This document shows positions 20,996 to 30,187 of a DNA stretch of 64,000 nucleotides, in pieces; position 1 is the first letter of the stretch, and each line of letters opens with the position of its first letter. A program made the position numbers and the translations under genes. A model generated the notes under the pieces. The model did not search any database, had not been told where the DNA came from, and saw nothing but the letters and a program-made list of their open reading frames with translations. The DNA comes from Mayamaea pseudoterrestris. Its lineage: Eukaryota. The DNA lies in the NCBI GenBank assembly GCA_027923505.1, contig BROI01000015.1:124001-188000 (forward strand), read 5' to 3'.

Positions 20996-21925
20996 TTAAG
21001 CATCCACGCACTTAGGAAAATGTGTGAAAACTCCTTGCTCTTCTTGAAGCCTGGCGTATTGCCGGCCCTCTTCAAGCAATCCCCATATTCCTTCGGGCGA
21101 CAAAGCTGAGACAGCGTCAAATATACTCTTTTGCCTATGCTTTGGGTCCATCGAGTAGTCTAGTATCAATGTAACCACATCATTAGCATTCAACAATGTG
21201 GATACATAATGTTTGGGACGCGACATGAAACTGCCGTCGATGACTCGCCGATCTCTTAGCTTGTAAAAGAGTTTCCCGTCCAAGAACCATGGAATATGAA
21301 CACTAGCTATATTGCAGGCTATCAAATCGTGTTTGTTGAGGAACGTGTTAACCCTTTGCTTGCCAAAGGAAGGAAAAGGTGTAACGAGCAAAGTCACGTT
21401 TTTCTGCAGCATAAGCTCCACAGCGTCGTCCGGGAGAAGCTCGTGCAACCAGTCCTGGATCATGCCCGACCAGATCCCCTGTAAACCGCCACTTCGATCC
21501 CAAACTCCAGCGTGTTTTGCCATATCCAATGCTAATTCTGTTGCTTGCTCGAAGCATACATCGCAAGCTGTCAATGTTGCGCAAAGTGCACCAGCAGAAG
21601 CTCCCGTCATGGAGATGGAATTGGAAAGATCATAGTTGTTTTGTCGAAGAAAATCTATATATCCCGCTTGCCAGTAAAAGAAGATGCCGCCTCCAGGAAA
21701 AACAAGATGCCTTGCTTGCTGAGTAGATAGCGGCGCAACGTCATCGTCCGGACCAGTTATAAGTTGCACCGTCTGCGCCAACTGCGTCATTCCTTGCTGC
21801 CGAGGGTGGATCCACTTTGCTGCCAGTGCTGATACTACGACGGAATGGAATAACAAGACAGTAGATAAAAGCAGAGTGAGCATGACGACGATGTCTGAAG
21901 TGTGTGTGTGATGATAGTGATGCAC
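20996..21925 (-). CDS. Patatin-like phospholipase/lipase with signal peptide
   Basis: Oxyanion motif FPGGG, nucleophile GASAG, catalytic DG(S). Hydrophobic N-terminus; alternative start at 21883. Confidence 0.85.
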   Translation of the reverse strand: MHHYHHTHTSDIVVMLTLLLSTVLLFHSVVVSALAAKWIHPRQQGMTQLAQTVQLITGPDDDVAPLSTQQARHLVFPGGGIFFYWQAGYIDFLRQNNYDLSNSISMTGASAGALCATLTACDVCFEQATELALDMAKHAGVWDRSGGLQGIWSGMIQDWLHELLPDDAVELMLQKNVTLLVTPFPSFGKQRVNTFLNKHDLIACNIASVHIPWFLDGKLFYKLRDRRVIDGSFMSRPKHYVSTLLNANDVVTLILDYSMDPKHRQKSIFDAVSALSPEGIWGLLEEGRQYARLQEEQGVFTHFPKCVDA

Positions 21926-22107
21926 AAACCTTCATTCCGATGCTCGTCGAACCTATAATGCGTTTGTTCTTCGCACCATAGCTAAAACGTCACAGTGTCA
22001 CACCTACTTATCGCGAAAGAGCTACATCATGCACTTACTGATAACTGTAAATGAAAACGTATTGCTTACCTTTCCACCGGAAGTCAACAAAGACGCCAAC
22101 TGTTTGT

Positions 22108-23787
22108 TTATTTAGCCAATGCTACTCGCCCAGGTTGAAACTTTAGGATCTGCTGTAGCTTCGCCCTATTGAAAGGGGCGCGGATAAAATCGCCAGACTC
22201 GCTTCGTCGGTCAATTTGAACCAAGCCATGATCCGTCAACTCGTTTAAAAACGAGTCAAGCCCCGAATCTTTGGCGATAATGTGGGAGTTCTTGCACTGT
22301 TTTCGAAAGACCGGCATTTTAACCCACGACTCCTCTAAAGTTTGCTCCAATTGCAGCTTTGCCAAAACTTGCATCACCTCCGTGTGCCGAGGGGCAAGTA
22401 ATTCAAGCACTCCCTCAACGCGTTCAATCCGTTCAAGTTGTGATAACTCTGCTTTGTGTATAGCAGATTTCTTCTTTGATTCCGAAAGCATGACAAGTTC
22501 CTTCACATATGGTCGGTAAGTATGCAGCGGCAAGTAAATCCACGCCAAGTTCGCGGCGACATGTGAGGTAAACATGAGCTCTGAGGCCGAAATATGATCG
22601 ACACTTGCCACAAGACGTATTGCGTGCGCATTAACCTCCACGTTGCTATTGACGACCAAAGCTGCTAGTGCGTCTGTAGCAAGCTTACTACGCAGTGAGT
22701 CTCCATCCAAGCTATGAATGACGAGAAAAATTGGCAAAAGCGATTCGCTCGCCTCGTATGCGCATGCTCGGCCGACCAAAATGGCCCGTTCCACCAACGC
22801 ATGAGCTCGCCAGGGAATTGACTCGCCAAGTACCTTATGTGTCCCGTCATGACTTTCGATCCGTCCTTTGGAAACTGGCTCATTACCACCCAGAAACTGA
22901 TTGACAAGCAAGTCAAGAACTTTTGTCATGCTAATGTCTTTGTCGAAGCCATCTATTTGCAACACATATCCTTCCTTGCGTAATTCTTGGTCACAAAACT
23001 TGGTCAACAAGTCGTACTTTGACCCAGCCCCCAGAAACAAGAGCGAATGGTTGGTCGAGAGCAGAAAGCGCCAGTGTGGAAATGCAGGCTTGTAAGATTC
23101 TTCGTATTCTGCAGCGTCTTTGTGGAGGTGATTGTTTTCTTGAAGATGGCGCGCAACTTGTGAGATGGAAGGTAATTGCAATTGTTCGTCCAAACGAGCA
23201 CTATTAGTCGTAACAGGAGCTCTCTTGCGTTTCAGATTAAGTGCCCTTTTGCCATGCAAGTACAGATCCGTACCGACATCGGTCTGCGTGGTGGATCCTT
23301 GCTTGCTGCTCGGTAGCGTATTTCGTCTCGTATTACTGGTTGCGCCTTCCTCCATGACGTGCTCGGGCTCGAATTTGTTGGGTTTGCTTTCATGCCTTAA
23401 GCGTTTGTTCAACTCATCCTTTGTATTTTCAAACATCATCCGCAGTGCCTGCCGACGGATTTCCATTCCTTGCTCGACTTCTTCCTTTGTTTGAAAATCT
23501 TCATTGGAGGTGACGAGCTCCAGAGTACTATAAACGTCCGGGAGAGCATATTGGTCCAAGTACGCCATTACTTCCTCCCATCTGTCAAAACGTGGCCCGT
23601 TCTCGGCGGGTGCTTGATACTGATACCCAGTCACTGAGAGAGTCGTTGTTCGATACGACCATCCAGCTTGTTGCAGGCAGTTCCAAACGAAGGCGTACTC
23701 AAACTCTTGGAACTTGAATCTAACTTCGATGGCCTTGTGTGTTTCATCAATTTTTAACTCACTCATGATTCTTAATGGTATGATCAT
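22108..23787 (-). CDS. ORC2: Origin recognition complex subunit 2
   Basis: FPHWRFLL...SLLFLGAGSKYDLL..F, LVIHSLDG..LR, LVASVDH, T.RPY..E, C-terminal winged helix ELTDHGLV. Confidence 0.9.
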   Translation of the reverse strand: MIIPLRIMSELKIDETHKAIEVRFKFQEFEYAFVWNCLQQAGWSYRTTTLSVTGYQYQAPAENGPRFDRWEEVMAYLDQYALPDVYSTLELVTSNEDFQTKEEVEQGMEIRRQALRMMFENTKDELNKRLRHESKPNKFEPEHVMEEGATSNTRRNTLPSSKQGSTTQTDVGTDLYLHGKRALNLKRKRAPVTTNSARLDEQLQLPSISQVARHLQENNHLHKDAAEYEESYKPAFPHWRFLLSTNHSLLFLGAGSKYDLLTKFCDQELRKEGYVLQIDGFDKDISMTKVLDLLVNQFLGGNEPVSKGRIESHDGTHKVLGESIPWRAHALVERAILVGRACAYEASESLLPIFLVIHSLDGDSLRSKLATDALAALVVNSNVEVNAHAIRLVASVDHISASELMFTSHVAANLAWIYLPLHTYRPYVKELVMLSESKKKSAIHKAELSQLERIERVEGVLELLAPRHTEVMQVLAKLQLEQTLEESWVKMPVFRKQCKNSHIIAKDSGLDSFLNELTDHGLVQIDRRSESGDFIRAPFNRAKLQQILKFQPGRVALAK

Positions 23788-24026
23788 TCATGGCGCTCAA
23801 GCTGCGGGACCACAAACTGTGTGGTGTGAGGGGGTTTTGTCGCCTCTCGCGCGCGCGACGGCGCGGCGCGGATTGGCAGTCAATGTCGCACCAAGATTTG
23901 ATCTCGACGCTAGCAGCTATTGCTTTGGAGGATATATAACGCTGCCAACTAATTCATAATGGAATTCATTACGAGAGAAATATAGTGTCGTTTCTCTAAG
24001 CCTAGCTTATTCGCATTGATCCATCT

Positions 24027-24869
24027 TCAGTGTGTCGAACAAAGTAGGGACGAGCTCGCCTTTGTGATGACAACTTTTTGATAAAGACCTTGAAAAAAGA
24101 CGTCTTTCCGCATGCTATAGCCAGTTGCCTTTGGCAGCCAATCAGTAATTTGACTTTTCCAGAGATCCATGGCGAATGGCTCGAGCGTGTGGAAAACAAA
24201 CGGCATGAAATAGCGATGAAAGCTCCATCTAGTAGGCCGATGATAATCAATAATGATAAGCTTGCCACCATCGGCCAGTACTCTCCAAGCTTCTGCTAGA
24301 GCTTCTCGACGCGCTTGTTTTGGAAGCTCGTGGAGTAGAAAGAACATCACCACTTGCTCTCGACTGGCATTCGAAATATTGGTTAGCTTTGTGGCATCCG
24401 ATAACATCAAGCCAACCTCCTTGTCCAATGCTCCGGCAGCTTCCAGCTTGGTTCTCAAGTTCTCAATCTGTATTGGGGCCACGTCCACAACATCTAGCGG
24501 TGCCCTCATGCCAAGCGCAAGTCTCGTCGTGACGTTGCCGTAAGCACAAGCTATTTGAAGAGTCGTCTTGTCTGGATTAATTTCTCGAAGCATTTCAGTC
24601 GCGAGCAAATTGTAATTGCCCCATAGAATCGCATTAACAATCCAGTCTCGCTCGAATAACTGAACTCCTTTTGGATGAAGATACGCCCACCAGTATGTGT
24701 CGACGAGGTATGCTGGAATAATAGTTGAAGTGGCAGGTCGAGCTTGACTTTTGGGATGAGGCAGAGTCCCACAGCTTTTATCGTGAAAGAAGCTCGAGCT
24801 GGAGCTCATTCTCGCCCTTGGGATTAACCACAGGCGTCGGTAGAGTGAAATTCGATGTAACATGTTCAT
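24027..24869 (-). CDS. rquA: Rhodoquinone biosynthesis protein RquA, with mitochondrial-type presequence
   Basis: RquA-specific blocks IPAYLVDTYWWAYLHP, FERDWIVNAILWGNY, LQIACAYG (degenerate SAM motif I), VVDVAPIQ, FFLLHELP, DYHRP, LEPFAMDLW and GLYQKVV. The N-terminus is Arg-rich and acid-free. Confidence 0.92.
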   Translation of the reverse strand: MNMLHRISLYRRLWLIPRARMSSSSSFFHDKSCGTLPHPKSQARPATSTIIPAYLVDTYWWAYLHPKGVQLFERDWIVNAILWGNYNLLATEMLREINPDKTTLQIACAYGNVTTRLALGMRAPLDVVDVAPIQIENLRTKLEAAGALDKEVGLMLSDATKLTNISNASREQVVMFFLLHELPKQARREALAEAWRVLADGGKLIIIDYHRPTRWSFHRYFMPFVFHTLEPFAMDLWKSQITDWLPKATGYSMRKDVFFQGLYQKVVITKASSSLLCSTH

Positions 24870-25074
24870 TTTAAGTATGGGAAGATGGAAAGTGATGAGC
24901 GTGGGAAACGGAAGAACAAGATCTCATCGTAGTCGAGGTTCGGTTTCGTGCATGACAATCAGCGAGCTGTCGCAGCGCGTCTTAACGAAGAAGCAACGCA
25001 TCATCGCGACCAGCATGGAATGCCCAAGCTTTCTTCCGTCTCCGCCTACCTTTTAATTCAAGCAGAGGAAACGG

Positions 25075-25386
25075 ATGATTCAACTTACAGTGGAATGCAG
25101 CTGCGAACAGATGCAAGTCAACGATCCAAGAGAAGTGGCAACAATTTTACAATGTAGTCTTCGCGAACTTTACGGGGACTTTGATTCATATGGCTGCAGT
25201 CGCATTCAAGTCCTTAATTCTAGTGAAAGAAGTGAGATCGGTTGTTTCCTAGTGACATGTCCAGAAGAATCAGAACAAGCTGTTCGAGCTGCATTGACTT
25301 GGATAACACCGCCTCCGTATCTCGACAGCAACATTTATCGATTTGACGTTGTCGGCCACACTTCGATCGAGAGTGAGCTAGCATAG
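25075..25386 (+). CDS. Probable RNase P/MRP subunit of the Rpp14/Pop5/Pop8 family
   Basis: Pattern L..LYG....G...I.VL......FLV.C.......VRAALT in a 103-aa alpha/beta protein. Confidence 0.55.
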   Translation: MIQLTVECSCEQMQVNDPREVATILQCSLRELYGDFDSYGCSRIQVLNSSERSEIGCFLVTCPEESEQAVRAALTWITPPPYLDSNIYRFDVVGHTSIESELA

Positions 25387-25439
25387 ATAACGGTATGCGC
25401 ATGATACAATCTATTGTCTAAATCTTCTAATTTTTTCAT

Positions 25440-26852
25440 TCATTCATCCTGATCCTTTAACATTGTCTCGGTGATGTATTTTGCTATCTGCTCATTCTTT
25501 ACGACTCCCTCACCTGTTGCATAGCAAGCCACAACGTTTCTCCAGCCCTCCATGCTTCCCAACTCGCCAGCATGCTGATACATGGCAAATGCTTGCTCTT
25601 GGTTGCGGGGCACATCCGGGAAATGGCCATTGAACAAAATGGCGCCTGCCGAAACTGCCGCATCAGCGTTTCCTTCGTCAGCTGCCAGTAAAAAATCATC
25701 GAGTGCCCTGCGCATGTCATGCGAATACCCATGATCTCCGTTGTAAAAGCAATGTCCCCTCAAAAACAAGGCGTCTGCCTGGCCAGAGTCAGCGGCAGCA
25801 TTCAAGCGACTCACAAACTCCGACGGTGAACAAGGAGGAATATTTAAGATTGCGTGTCCATTTAGGTGTAGCAGCGCCAGATAGTAAAGCGCACCACCGT
25901 GACCTTTATTGGCTGCTTGTTGGATGAGCTCGACAGAATTTGCAAGTACCGAATGCGTGGACTCATCCAATCCAGTGTAAGTGTTGTTGCCATCGTCCAC
26001 CGCAACATCCATCTCAGCGACCCCTACAAAGTACATGGCATCTGCGTCGCCCAACCGAATGGCCTCACGAAAGGCAAGCATACTTTGAGCTCGATCGGCT
26101 GGCAATATACGAGTCACTCCGTCAGAACCTTCGTCGAAAGAATCCGGGTAACCAAGCCACAATAAATTGCCAAGATTAAACCATCCTTCGGGCGACCTGG
26201 AGTTGCGGTAGTGGGCAATGGCTTGGTCTAGTGCCAGTCGCGTCTCCTCCATACTTAATCTCTTCCAAGCTTCATGGGCTCGTTCCAGCGCCTGATTCCC
26301 AAGCTGTACCAAGGCTTGCGCGTGTCCCTGATCCGCCGCCTGCTCCAACAACGACTGCGCCTCTTGTTTCAACGAATCTTCTATTTCTTGTAATTTGGCT
26401 CGATCCTTATGCGTTTCCTTAACTAAAGTCTTGACAACAGCAACACCAGTGTTCCTTCGCTTGGTGCTGTTGGCATTTTCTTCTTTAGTCCGTTCATCGG
26501 CTCGTTGCCACGCCTTGTACATTTTTTCATTCTTGACTCGCTCTTGCTCTTGGTGATAGTGCTTCAATTCGTCAACCTTTTGACTATATCTTTGATAAAT
26601 ATCATCTGCGGTTTCATACTTGATCTCATCCTTCGTCGACAATGTTCCCGACGAGAACCGTTTCAGTTGGGCGACTGTCGCCGTTGTTGCAGTGCACAAA
26701 GGAGACGAGTAGGTGATGGATGGTCCAGTTCGAACGACCTGAAACGTCGTCAGTAATAAGTTTCTGTCATTGTTCGAAACATTGGTTCGAGGTACACTTC
26801 TGATGTGCTGATAGCGCGATTCATGCCGTGAAAGCCGCGTGAACAACGCCAT
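25440..26852 (-). CDS. Sel1-like repeat protein, probably mitochondrial
   Basis: Repeated AA..G...A...LG motifs and D...A...F..AA..G. Arg/Ser/Thr-rich presequence from MALFTRLSR (ATG 26852). Confidence 0.85.
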   Translation of the reverse strand: MALFTRLSRHESRYQHIRSVPRTNVSNNDRNLLLTTFQVVRTGPSITYSSPLCTATTATVAQLKRFSSGTLSTKDEIKYETADDIYQRYSQKVDELKHYHQEQERVKNEKMYKAWQRADERTKEENANSTKRRNTGVAVVKTLVKETHKDRAKLQEIEDSLKQEAQSLLEQAADQGHAQALVQLGNQALERAHEAWKRLSMEETRLALDQAIAHYRNSRSPEGWFNLGNLLWLGYPDSFDEGSDGVTRILPADRAQSMLAFREAIRLGDADAMYFVGVAEMDVAVDDGNNTYTGLDESTHSVLANSVELIQQAANKGHGGALYYLALLHLNGHAILNIPPCSPSEFVSRLNAAADSGQADALFLRGHCFYNGDHGYSHDMRRALDDFLLAADEGNADAAVSAGAILFNGHFPDVPRNQEQAFAMYQHAGELGSMEGWRNVVACYATGEGVVKNEQIAKYITETMLKDQDE

Positions 26853-27152
26853 GGTCGCACGGAAGAAAAATGAGTAGCGCGGCGGCGTTTCGAATGATAC
26901 TGTGTGTGAGTACCGGAACGACATCTTTGAAAAGCGTCGTCCAATGAAAAATCGTGAGGCTCGACTTTTGCCAATCGCGACAAAAGGCAAATGGCAGCTG
27001 ACTCGTTCATCGCCTTTCCTCGTTGTTCATGTCGAGTAGTCGGAACGAAGCGCATTGTGTAGTTGGTGAAAGATACAAATACCTTTGCATCTGCATTATT
27101 GAAGCTTGATTTGATTCCCGAGGCGCATCTGCACTGCACTCCAACCATCACC

Positions 27153-28751
27153 ATGTCAGTCGACCCATTTTGGATCGAGTATTGGCAGGCCTTGTCGTCC
27201 GTTCCACCACATACGATCGGTCCTCCGAGAGCTCTTCTCGAGGCATACAGATCCATTGCACAGCAGACACTTCAAGGAGTCTCGCATCAGAAATCAGAGT
27301 CAAAGACGGAGCATGATGCTAGCGACAGCAGTAACTGCAACGATACTTTTGCAGTGGCGTGGGCTGCACACTCGCTCCTTTCCACACGACCAGATTTGGC
27401 GTCAGTGTTGGCTGGATGCAAATCATTTTCTTGGCAACAAAAGGTGGGATGTGTCGTCATGCTAGAAGCTTGCTGCCGCAAGTTCCTCAAGCACAACAAG
27501 TTGGTTGAGTCTCCGATATTTCCTCTACTTTTGCAGGATACGCTGGCAGCAGTACAGGCGACGCACATGCAGCAGCAGCAACAGCGTCCGAGTTCACACC
27601 AACACTATCACATGCTGCGAGCAGAAATGGAGTTGGAGCGAGAGTGTTTGTTGGAAATTGCAGAGTCGCTCATTCCAGACATGATTGGCCGTGAAGAGTT
27701 TGATCACATGAGGCGACTTTTGAGTGAAGGCAAAACATCGCCCGAGCTTATGCGACTGCTCGAGCAGTCGATTCATCGATATACGGATGCTTATCGAGAT
27801 GGTTTGTATGTCATGCCGGCTGTCTTGGCAAACAAGGAGTCGGAAATTAATGATATCAAGCGATTGTTGGAATCCAACCGTGCCATGGCCAAGGTTTCCA
27901 TTCACAATTTGCTCAATCCCATTTCTTCGCTCAAGGCACCGTTTGCTAGACCACTTCCACCTTCGCTCCTACCATGTGTTGGTTACCACGTGGATGATGA
28001 GGCAGTCGCGGAGCGGGATGAGCCAGAAGTATTAGATTATTTGCATGCCGAGCTGCTTTGGTTGACACCCACCAATTTACGGCTGATGCTGATTCCTGAT
28101 GACGAATCCGAAGACAAGGAAGCAAACGAACGATACCAGCAAGTTTTGGCATTGGTAAAGAAGCAAGCGTTTAGCAAGGCATTAGCTCCGAATGAGCAAC
28201 ACAACGTCATGCAAGTGCTGGGCACCAAAGTGGTTTTGGCCGATGGTGGGTCGGCGGTTGTCGAAGACGAAGATCACAACGAAACTGCAAATCGACTCAT
28301 TAGAGAGTCTGGCCTGACACCACAAAACTTGCCACGCCTGGTTGAATATAATCCATTGGTGGCAAATGAGTGTGTCTTGCGCATTCTCAGCGGAGATGAC
28401 GAAAACCTAAAAAATGATTATCTTGCCAGCTTGGTGGGAATGGACATGAGTCTGCAATCCATGGAGGTTGTAAATCGATTGGCAACTCACCAGCCTCCAA
28501 TTCTGCACCCTGAGTATATCAATTTGTTCATTTCTAGTTGCATTGCGACTTGTGAAAATGTGCCAGATCGTCATGCTCAGAATCGCTTGGTGCGATTGGT
28601 GTGTGTGTTTATTCAGTCGCTCCTGCGCAACAAGATTGTACAAGCGAACGATATCTTTTTTGAACTGCAGTCGTTTTGTGTGGAATTTTCGAGAATTCGT
28701 GAGGCATCGGCACTTTTCAAATCGATGAAGGAACTTTATGGATCAAATTGA
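27153..28751 (+). CDS. CNOT11: CCR4-NOT complex subunit 11
   Basis: PFARPLPP, ELLWL, GLTPQNLPRLVEYNPLVA, SMEVVNRL, QNRLVRLVCVFIQSL, FCVEFSRIREA. Confidence 0.93.
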   Translation: MSVDPFWIEYWQALSSVPPHTIGPPRALLEAYRSIAQQTLQGVSHQKSESKTEHDASDSSNCNDTFAVAWAAHSLLSTRPDLASVLAGCKSFSWQQKVGCVVMLEACCRKFLKHNKLVESPIFPLLLQDTLAAVQATHMQQQQQRPSSHQHYHMLRAEMELERECLLEIAESLIPDMIGREEFDHMRRLLSEGKTSPELMRLLEQSIHRYTDAYRDGLYVMPAVLANKESEINDIKRLLESNRAMAKVSIHNLLNPISSLKAPFARPLPPSLLPCVGYHVDDEAVAERDEPEVLDYLHAELLWLTPTNLRLMLIPDDESEDKEANERYQQVLALVKKQAFSKALAPNEQHNVMQVLGTKVVLADGGSAVVEDEDHNETANRLIRESGLTPQNLPRLVEYNPLVANECVLRILSGDDENLKNDYLASLVGMDMSLQSMEVVNRLATHQPPILHPEYINLFISSCIATCENVPDRHAQNRLVRLVCVFIQSLLRNKIVQANDIFFELQSFCVEFSRIREASALFKSMKELYGSN

Positions 28752-28959
28752 CGAAACGTATAGCCCACAAAGGTTAAGTGTTGGTTATTAGCTCCGATTA
28801 AATGTCCAAAAGTAATATATGCATTGCAAAAGGATATGTTGGCATCGTCAATCAAGGCCAAGGCGACCGCGTATAAATGGGCAGCATCGATAGCGTGGAA
28901 GTGGTGCGACAATATTGAACAAAAATATTAAACTCCCGTCATGCCATACGCTGCATAGT

Positions 28960-29839
28960 CTAGTGAGTACTTTGACCACCTGCCAAGGCGGAGTTGATGC
29001 CGCCACCTAAACGGAATGCCTCGGCTGTTGCATCGACACACTCTAATCGCTCATCTGGCGACCAGCTCGCCGCCATTTCCTCTATGCTCTGCTTGACTCG
29101 AGCTTTGATGGCGTTCAAATCTTCTTTCCACTATAAAAAGTATCATAGATGGACATTATAAAAGATTGAGTGCAAGTTTTCGAGCAAAAGATTTCCAACA
29201 CTCGAGTATGACTGCTGCGCGTACCTTGTAGAATTCTAGTGTCTTTTTGTTCAACAAAAGCGAGCTCATTTGCTTGCCGATCATGCGTCCTCCAGCCGTA
29301 TGAGCAAAGTAGAAGTTGTAGAAGTGACACATGAATTCTGGAATGGATTGGATGCTTCGTAGCTTGGTTGCATATTCGACTCCGGACGGTCTGACGGAAG
29401 GTCGTTCCAATCCATATTCTTGTATCATGAATGCAAAATCCGTATCCAACGCTGTCGTTCTTTCCAAGCCAGTGTTTCGATATGCTTTTAACTCATCTTT
29501 ATCGTTGACAATCTCTTCCATTGCTTCATAAACATGCTTAGAATCCACAAGGAATTGTAGGTAATCACTGCGAGTTGTCACGTACGGATCTTTCTTCGGC
29601 GTTTCCGCTGCCTCTCCTTCCTTGGGTGCCTGAGATCTCGTGTGGAGTCGCATAGCCGCTCCTCTAAGCTCTGTCTCAATGAACGATCCTGCCACCGTCT
29701 TGGTGGATAAGGAAAGGTGGGTTGATGATTTCGGCAAAATTGTTCGCGGAAGCACAGAAATCGTGAAGCTTTCCACGACGGCAGAATTAAAGGCAAATGC
29801 TGCCAAGCCCAGTATCCTGGGCGCATTGTGTACTCTCAT
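28960..29839 (-). CDS. Plastid heme oxygenase (plant HO1-like); exons 29839-29225 and 29130-28960
   Basis: Signal + VESF motif; ELRGAAMRLHT (proximal His), FLVDSKHVY, HFYNFYFAHTAGGRMIG, LEFYK|W. Intron 29224-29131 (GTACGC...TATAG). Last exon WKEDLNAIKARVK...GGQSTH*. Confidence 0.92.
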
Positions 29840-30187
29840 CGTGTTTGGCACCCAGTGGAGGTTCTCTTAACTAGTAACGTATGTTTCCGTTCGGTCTGCC
29901 GAGCCCTTGATCATCGCGTCAGTCGCGTCTCGTCGCTACGGATCGATTCAACATGGTCGGATAGGTGCCTAGCAGGTGACCTGGCTCGGAGCCAGTCCAT
30001 TGACAAGATTAGGCTGGAGAAAAAATGATGTTGTATAATGTATAATAGCTGAAATTTTGCTATCATACCTCCGAGGCATGTGATTTATGTACTACATCTA
30101 CAGATTTTGAGTACACACCATGAATTAAAAGTGCACCTCCGTCTTTCCGAGTCGATTTAAACAGTTTGACCGAACAACCGGTTGAAG

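Noticed and set aside
23841..23880. CGCG-rich palindrome upstream of ORC2 and CGCGACG copies upstream of POLE3 (58187, 58221) as cell-cycle elements
   Set aside because: The same word occurs in an unrelated promoter (~4070, reverse strand) and is not a clean E2F consensus. It cannot be supported without enrichment statistics.
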